From Ascidiella aspersa (Eukaryota): 64,000 nucleotides of DNA. The DNA lies in NCBI GenBank assembly GCA_963924565.1, contig OZ004611.1, positions 25,544,001-25,608,000 of the forward strand, given 5' to 3'. The translations under genes were made by a program, and so were the position numbers. A model generated the notes under the pieces. It was not told where the DNA came from and searched no databases. It was given only the letters and a program-made list of their open reading frames with translations. Positions within the stretch are counted from its first letter, which is position 1, and every line of letters starts with the position of its first letter. Shown in pieces: positions 56,854-64,000 of this stretch.

Positions 56854-59467
56854 ATGAAGTAAGTTCCATTCCCTAAAGCTATATTAAATATTTGACGCTA
56901 TGAACTGCCTTAACACAAGGAAAATTATAAACTTTTATTCAGAAGCGTTTACCAAAGAAACCTACCACAGTTAATAAATCCACCCACAATATTTGGGTAA
57001 GGGTGCCAGTTAGCGTTTGGGTGCGGGTGGGTCAAGTATTATTAAAGTCATTGTTTAATAAGAATACTGGACCCATCCTAACCCAAATATTAACCCCCAC
57101 CCTAACCCAAATGATGTGCGTTGTGGTAGAATTCTAGACAAATATTGGTATGCTTTATATTAATTGGTTTTGTGGACAACGTTATCTTACCTTCATTGCA
57201 ATTCATATGCCTGATAAGAAAAAACGAGGTTTTCATAGAATTGCGATAAGCCATTTATAATGTCCAGAGATATATTACAACACAATAAGATGGACTTTAA
57301 TAGTTATGCATGTGCAAAACATTTGATTATTACTGCCGATTTTATAAATGTAGTAACTAGTAACCCTGTGTTTCCATAGTGGCCTGACAAAAATCCGTCT
57401 GATCAATGACTTAAATGACAAGGAACTGCGCATGGGTGTGATTGGTACAAAGTCTTCATGGCATCACCAATACAGGGACAGCGCATGGGTCTATGTTGGA
57501 AGTATGCCCTATGACCTTACGGAGGGCGATGTCATTTGTGTATTTTCACAGTGAGTTACTTTCAAAACACATATTGTAACAATTTTTAGTAAAGTTGGCT
57601 TAAATAGTTGTTTTATATTATAATGAGAATAACATTGCTAGTAATTTTTTTGCTGTTTACAGGTATGGAGAAATTGTAAACATCAATTTAATCAGAGACA
57701 AAAAGACAGGCAAGTCAAAAGGATTTGCATTCATTTGTTATGAAGACCAGAGAAGTACAATACTTGCTGTGGACAACCTAAATGGGACAAAAGTAAATTA
57801 ACTTAAGTTTTCAATAGAAGTTTTGCCATCGACCTTTTGTAAGAAGTATTCATTTAAAGATAATAAACTTTCGAATAGTGTATTTCACAGTTTAAAGCAG
57901 TTTGATGATAAATAATGCCAAAATAAAGTAGTTTTCTATTGAATTAACAGTGTGTATTTTTAAGATTGTTGAACACTTTAATTTAAATGTTGCAGTTTTT
58001 TTATTATTTAAACCTTTGAATCCAAATGTATTTTTCTTTGATGTTTACAGATCAAAGGAAGACAGCTTAGAGTTGATCACATGCTCGCTTACAAAGTTCC
58101 GAAAGAGGATGAAGAAATAGACGAGGTTACCATGAAGATCCGTGACAGGGGTGTTGCCCCGACAACGATGCAGGAATATGAAAAAGAAGAGGAGGAGGAA
58201 GTTGTTGAAGTGAAGGTGGAAGAAGAGGAAATCGTGATTTCATCTTCAGAGGAGAAAATTGTTAAAAGTATGGATTGTGCTCAATTGAAAACCCTGGTCG
58301 CTTTTTTAAATACTTTGCTTAATCATATTTTCTACTAACTTCTGGCGTAGACCAGTGGTTCTCAACCAGGTGCCATTTGTAATCATCAAGGGTGTTGTGA
58401 CATATTTGGAAATCTTTGTGAATCTTATTTTTGCTTATCTCTTACAACTTTTTGTGTAAGGTTAGAGTGGAATAAGTCCAATTATAACTCTCCAATTATA
58501 ACTTTCTACGTTGTGTAAAGTTGATGTTGTTCCAGTTCTGTTTATTGTTACATTCTAAATGAATTACGTACGGAAAAATCTTATAGAGGTGCCATAATAT
58601 ATTGATTATTTTTCTGAGGGGTACATCGAGCCATAAAAGGTGGAGGAACAGTGGCCTAAATAGAGAGCATAGTTATTTCTTTCAACACTTTGCTTACATG
58701 GAACTGATTTTCGTTATCACTTTTTATATTATGATTTTAAAATTTAGTGTCTTGTTTCAGAAAAGAAAAAGAAGCATAAGAAAGAAAAGAAGACAAAAGG
58801 CCTGAGTTTCCTAAAAGAAACGCCAAGCGAAAAGAAGAAAAAGGCTGAATCTAAAGTTAAGTCCTATAAGAAATATTCCAGTTCTGATGAAGAGCCCCCC
58901 TCAAAAAAACAGAAGAAAAAGAATTCTCAATCGGATTCAGAAGAAGAAACTAAACAAAAGTCAAGGGAAAACGTTAAGAAATCTAAAAAGAAACAAATAC
59001 ACTATGCATCTAGTGATGAGCGTGAAGCAAAACAGCCAAAGAGAAAAAACAAACAATGTTCAACATCATCAGATGAAGAAGAAAATAAACAAAAGTCAAG
59101 GGAAAACGTTAAGAAATCTAAAAAGAAACAAACACACTATGCATCTAGTGATGAGCCTGAAGCAAAAAAGGCAAAGGGGAAATACAAACACTCAAATTCA
59201 ACATCATCAGATGAGGAAATTATGTTAAAGCATTCACACAAAAGGGATAAACAACACGCCAAACATGAAACTTTTGAAAGTCATTCTGCGAGTAAACACC
59301 CAGAACACCATAGGAAGTCTTCACATCGTGATAAGCACGAAAGGCGTAAGATTGACTATAACACTGAACGCTCACGGCATAAAGATCGTGATTACGATCG
59401 TTCTGGGCGACACCAACAGAGTCCAACAAGAGACCGAAGGAGGCAAAGGCGTTCAAGGTCAAGATGA
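56854..59467 (+). CDS. RBMX2: RNA-binding motif protein X-linked 2 (Snu17/Ist3, RES complex)
   Basis: Exons 56854-56858, 57380-57550, 57663-57792, 58051-58267 and 58761-59467. The product [92 protein letters not shown] is followed by a K/E/S- and R/S-rich tail. Confidence 0.95.
56944..57140. mobile_element. Degenerate MITE of the CTAGAATCCTACCACA family (RBMX2 intron 1)
   Basis: CCTACCACA...TGTGGTAGAATTCTAGAC, with internal foldback GGGT/ACCC motifs. Confidence 0.6.
58353..58653. mobile_element. hAT-like MITE (RBMX2 intron 4)
   Basis: Starts CAGTGGTTCTCAACC; internal similarity to 22879-23168. Confidence 0.75.
58940..59217 (+). repeat. In-frame tandem duplication (135-bp period) in the RBMX2 tail
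   Basis: [28 protein letters not shown] is encoded twice, starting at 58940 and 59075. Confidence 0.9.
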
Positions 59468-60302
59468 TTTTATTGTTTGCCTTGTCGCGTTGTTACAGGT
59501 CGAGAGCTCTTATCACTAAGTAAAACCAACTGGGTTGGTGCGAGAGACCAGCTACGAGGTTGAATGTATGTGTGTTTTGGTTTATAGTTTGCAATACACC
59601 TTACTGCCCAATAAAAAAAACTTTCCACTGTCGGTTAGGCACTTGTTTGTGGAAGTGCTTTTTTATTTTCAAGGCAAAACAGAAATCATTGCACGACTAT
59701 TTCAATTTACCAAGTAATATATTTCTAGGTCAGTTAAATAAAACGGAGAGAAAAAATACGTTAGTCCACTTTATAGCAGGTAGCAATATTAAAACTCACA
59801 ATTGTAAACGGCTATCCACCAAGCTCTTTTAATAACATCTTATACCCTTAATGGTAAAAGGTTAAGATAAAGTCATGGCCAAATAGTGGGTACTTCTAAA
59901 CTATTACATATCGACTTGGCAGTTTGGCACCATACCTCTAACTAAAATATACGTTTACTAATTTATTTAGACTTGATTATATTACAATTTATGTGCATGG
60001 TGTACTAAGAATGGAATAGTTCAACAAAATATCAAGCCCATAAACTCGATGTATACCTATTCTCATGGACAAAAACATTGTTTTAGAGATGCAAATTATT
60101 TGTAGTTTAGCATAAAAAATGTAAGATATTTTAATTCATTAAGAAAATCTAACCACGTTAAAAGCATATGTAGTCGGTGACTGAACTTTTTGGTTCGCGA
60201 CAAATGGGTTAAGAAAAGAAACACTGGCTAAGTAAATTTTGCGAAAAGAAAGTTAAAAAAGTCCCCTTGTTTTAAATACATTTAGCCTTTTGGGTTTAAA
60301 TG

Positions 60303-60649
60303 CAGGGTGCACAAAACTTTTTGATAAAGGGCCGGATAACTGTTAGGATTTACTATTGTAGGCCGGATATAAAACTTTTTTGCAACCTTTATTAACTTGA
60401 TACCATTAAATAAAGGAAATATAAATAACTATGCAACAAAAACGATAATGAGCCTTAATAAATTGTTAAACAGTTCAAAAATTCACCAAAATTTAGTTTT
60501 AAATAGCATTTGACAACGTTTCAACTGTACTTCTTTAGATGACAAAATAATATTTTTTTTGGTTAATATCGGATCTAAGCCTGCTCCGACATTACTTTAT
60601 CTTTATTATTAAAATATACCGCGGGCCGTTGTTTGTTTGGCCACCCCTG
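60303..60649. mobile_element. hAT-like MITE between RBMX2 and RALBP1
   Basis: CAGGGTGCACAAAAC...GTTTGGCCACCCCTG with near-TSD TTTAAATG/GTTTAATG. Confidence 0.6.
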
Positions 60650-60717
60650 GTTTAATGCAACTTGCAACCACATATAAGAAAAAAAAACTTTGGAAAATTC
60701 GCAAAAAAAACGCAACG

Positions 60718-63700
60718 TCACGTCACGGCAACAGTAGCAGGACTAAAGGCGTCTTCGTTCAGGGCGTCTTGGTGCTTGTACATCATGCAGCGGAGTCGGA
60801 CCCGGGCCTCGACAACCGCTTCTCGTTCATCGTGTATGGAAAGGTTGAGGGCCTCGTTTTTTCGCACGATGTCGCGGTTTGCGCGCACCAGTTCATCGCG
60901 AATCCGGATCAGCTCCTCGATCTCCGATTCGTCGTCCGACTCGTTTGAACTGTTGCTCTCGGCGACCGTCGATAGGCCTGTGTGAAAGAAAAGCGCTTTA
61001 AAAATGTGGGAAAAAAATAATAAACAAAAAAAAGTATTATTTTTTTTAATTTTTAATACTTTATTGCATGTTGCTAAAAAATAACTTTCGAAAAAAGAAA
61101 ACACGTGTTTTCGAAAAAAGAAACACGTGTTTATTACACATATCGGAAAAACTAATAGAGTCAATATATGTTGCTGAAAAATTACTGGATTTTCGACAAC
61201 CATTTGTCAACGCGACGTTAAAATAACGCTGAAAGATACGTTTCTCAAATACGGGCAATGCAAATCGAATTCAATAGAGCTAACAGCCTTGAAACGGTCG
61301 AGGTCGCGAGTTCGAATCTCAGCACAGCCAGGGTAGTCTAGCAGGCAATCAAAGCTAAGTCGAACGATAAAGTAAAAATTATTAAAACACATGTTTCATG
61401 TTTGAGGATATTTAATCCACATGCCCGCGGCGCACCTGGCAACGTTCCATAGCGCACCAGTTAAGAAGCCCTGGTCCACAAACCTTAAATTCTAGCTATT
61501 AACACACATGTTGTTTTTAAAAAAGAGCACTCGATTGAGAGGAGGGCCTTACAACGGACTTAGCTTGCCTAATGAGGATTGTATTGTAACAATTCGGAGA
61601 CTTTCGCAGTGGCGAGTCCTGGTTGCAAATAAATAATTCAAATAAAAGTCCCTAACTTTCTTAAAATATATAGCTTGGCTCTTTGCAAACAAGAACCTGA
61701 AATTGGTTTTGAGAGGAGTTGTTTTAATTCAGCGTGTCCAGTTAAGATTGAGCTGTGACACGCCAAAACGAAACACGTAACCGAAACACAGGGAAAAAAG
61801 GCGTTTCTTCCTAACGTTAGGCATGTCGTCACTACAGGTTACTCTTAACTAGATCAAACCAAAATCAAGTCCGTCAGTGTTAGATGTTTCGCAAAAATAT
61901 ATTTTTATAGATTCTTTTTAACCAACTTTTCTATCGAATTTTTGCCCTACGGAACATAAAACATCCCAGGGCCATGGGAAAAAACGTTTTAGAAATTACT
62001 GGAATAAAAACCTATATTGTTAAAGGTTGTTTCAAGAACTGCAAAAAGCAAACAATTTTTACGATTTTACGCAATATCATTATAATAGGGTTTTATCCGA
62101 GCAAATTAAAAAGCAAAAATGTAGTAGACTACTAACCATTGTTGGTGTTATCCAAGGGGTCATCAAGTAATTCACCTCCGCTTAAAATATCGTCAGACGA
62201 TTCGGTAGCGACTGATACTGATTCCGCATGGTGGTTTTGGCTGACAAAGGCGATAATATAGATACAAATTTTGTTGATGATGATATTATCACACATCTAT
62301 ATTTATAGATAATGACTTTCAAGAGCCAAAAAGTATCATCTTCAGTTAATGTGACATAATGTGATACAGGTTCGTTGATCAAGATGATGTCAACTAACTC
62401 TACCTTTTTGGCTTTGCAATTTATTATCAAGCTACATTACAGATCCGTGCATAGTGTATCCAATTCCAAGTGTATATAACAGATGTTTTTAATGTTGGCA
62501 AAATCATCTATAACGTATTTTTTTTAATATAAAATCCTTAAAAAATATGTTGGAAGAGCAAATTTATTTTATAATCATTGAGAATCATAAAAGACGCGCC
62601 CCACACGGAGTAAATTACACTACACACTACACAAATTAAGGTTATTGCATTACCTTTCTAAATCAGCCAGAACTCCCCTTAATCTGTCAAGGTCTTCGGT
62701 TTCCGTTTGAATTCTGTTGATTAATTCCTGCTTCATAACTAGTAACTCCTCCTGTGAGAATACATCAGAATTAAAAATAATTTCAAATGCCATATCAACC
62801 AATTTGGATATCTGAGTTGCATTTTTGTGATATTGTACGTTATGCAAATAAAAGTTGATCTCTATAATTAAGAGTTGTTGGAGGATTTCAACACTTTTAT
62901 ACTTAAAATTGAATTTGCACATAAAATCGTTTAAAGAACTTAGAATTGAATGTTTAAAAGCAAAATCCGTAGATTAAAAAAAAAACTTAATTTACAATAA
63001 TCTTACATTAATTTAAAAAAGGAGGTCACATGGATTTAAAGGTATCTTATGTAGTTTACATCAAGCTCTCCTCTATTTATAAAAACCTCAGGGGAATAAA
63101 CAAATGCATTTTTTTCAGTTATAAACCTTTGGCGAAACATTTAAAGACAAAAAACATCATCTTACTGTAATAATTTAAAGTTGTTGGAGGATTTCAACAC
63201 TTTTAAACCTAAAATTGGATTTGTAAATAAAATAGTTTTATTTAATTCCGAATTTTGACCCATTGGCAAAAAAGATAAAAATATCATCTTACATGCTCCA
63301 CCAACGCTTCTCTTTCTTCCTCCAGCAACAGCTGGATCACCTCAGGGTCATCCTCTTCTTCAGGAAGATCTTCCTCAATGTCTTCATCATCTGGAGCAAG
63401 TTCGACCGGCTGATCGTTGTCAACAGACTCAGACTTTTCGTCGCTCTTAATGTTTTCCGACTGAAACAAATCATATTTTTCTAATTTAAAAAACTCATCT
63501 AAGTTAACCTAAGTTGTAATTACAGTCTGTGTCGAATTTACAACAAATATTTGTTGTAAAATACTAAATATTTGTAATAGTAAACTATGTTGGAATGATT
63601 CACAGTTTATAAACAGGTAACTTATGTTATAACTTATAATAGATGAAAAAAAAAACATACAGCACGAAAAGCTCTGATAACCTAATAAAACCATTTTTTT

Positions 63701-64000
63701 TCGAGCTTCTGTTTTACATAGAACTACTTTTTTGCTAAATAAAGAACTATTTTTATGCTTAAGAAACTCCGCTGCCACAAACCTTCCGACTCCTGTTTCC
63801 GGGACTTGAACCTTGAAGTTTTCTTCTCTCTAGAGTCAGGTTGTTGATTTTCGTTTTTGACTGTTCATTTTCGATATCTTTTTTCTGAAAAATTTTGCAA
63901 TTTTACCTCAGAAACCTCCCAATCTTACTTAGCTAACAGTAAATTACCTTTCTTTTCAGCTGTGTCAAAATTCTTGATGTTTCCCATAAGCGGTCGTCTT
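60718..64000 (-). CDS. RALBP1: RalA-binding protein 1 (RLIP76), C-terminal portion; the gene continues beyond the window
   Basis: Exons >64000-63948, 63884-63783, 63460-63293, 62751-62654, 62240-62137 and 60977-60718. DDRLWETSRILTQLKRK, EVIQLLLEEEREALVEHEELLVMKQELINRIQTETEDLDRLR and KNEALNLSIHDEREAVVEARVRLR match the RLIP76 Ral-binding and coiled-coil regions. Confidence 0.88.
61262..61330 (+). repeat. tRNA-like sequence, probable SINE head or tRNA pseudogene
   Basis: B box in GGTCGCGAGTTCGAATCTC (GTTCGAATC 61310-61318) and an anticodon-arm-like GCC-TTGAAAC-GGT. The acceptor and D stems are not intact. Confidence 0.4.
62310..62458. mobile_element. Head-to-head pair of hammerhead-repeat fragments (RALBP1 intron)
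   Basis: A minus-strand GTCACATTAACTGAAGATGATAC...TTGAAAGTC (62310-62356) abuts a plus-strand GATACAGGTTCGTTGATCAAGATGATGTC...CAAGCTACATTACA..TGCATAGTGTA (62362-62458). Confidence 0.75.

Noticed and set aside
62874-63240. ~60-bp direct repeat (GTTGTTGGAGGATTTCAACACTTTT) at 62874 and 63180; similar local duplications at 36167/36223 and 38928/39500
   Set aside because: These are ordinary intronic duplications with no structural or coding signal.

Overview
AT-rich, intron-containing eukaryotic DNA. Compact genes with short GT-AG introns and chordate-like proteins suggest an invertebrate chordate such as an ascidian, but that is an inference. Hand-splicing gives nine genes: DCAF7/WDR68 (-), RNF32 (+), mitochondrial SHMT2 (-), an ORP10/11-type OSBP-related gene (+), a small SPMIP2/C4orf45-like gene (-), an intronless KIAA0753/moonraker (-), RNASEK (-), RBMX2 (+) and the 3' part of RALBP1 (-). 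There is also a disabled NXPE-family pseudogene (-). Introns and intergenic DNA carry many non-autonomous DNA transposons (MITEs), several with 8-bp TSDs. The most unusual signal is a dispersed ~125-140 bp repeat carrying a minimal type I hammerhead ribozyme core (CUGAAGA...GAAACGUC). It occurs in five copies, twice as head-to-head inverted pairs, like Penelope/retrozyme elements. Other leads: a perfect CLEAR motif upstream of RNASEK, structured or exon-derived sequence in SHMT2 intron 8, and CpG-poor 5' versus CpG-rich 3' gene halves. Gene identities come from recalled protein similarity, not from database searches.
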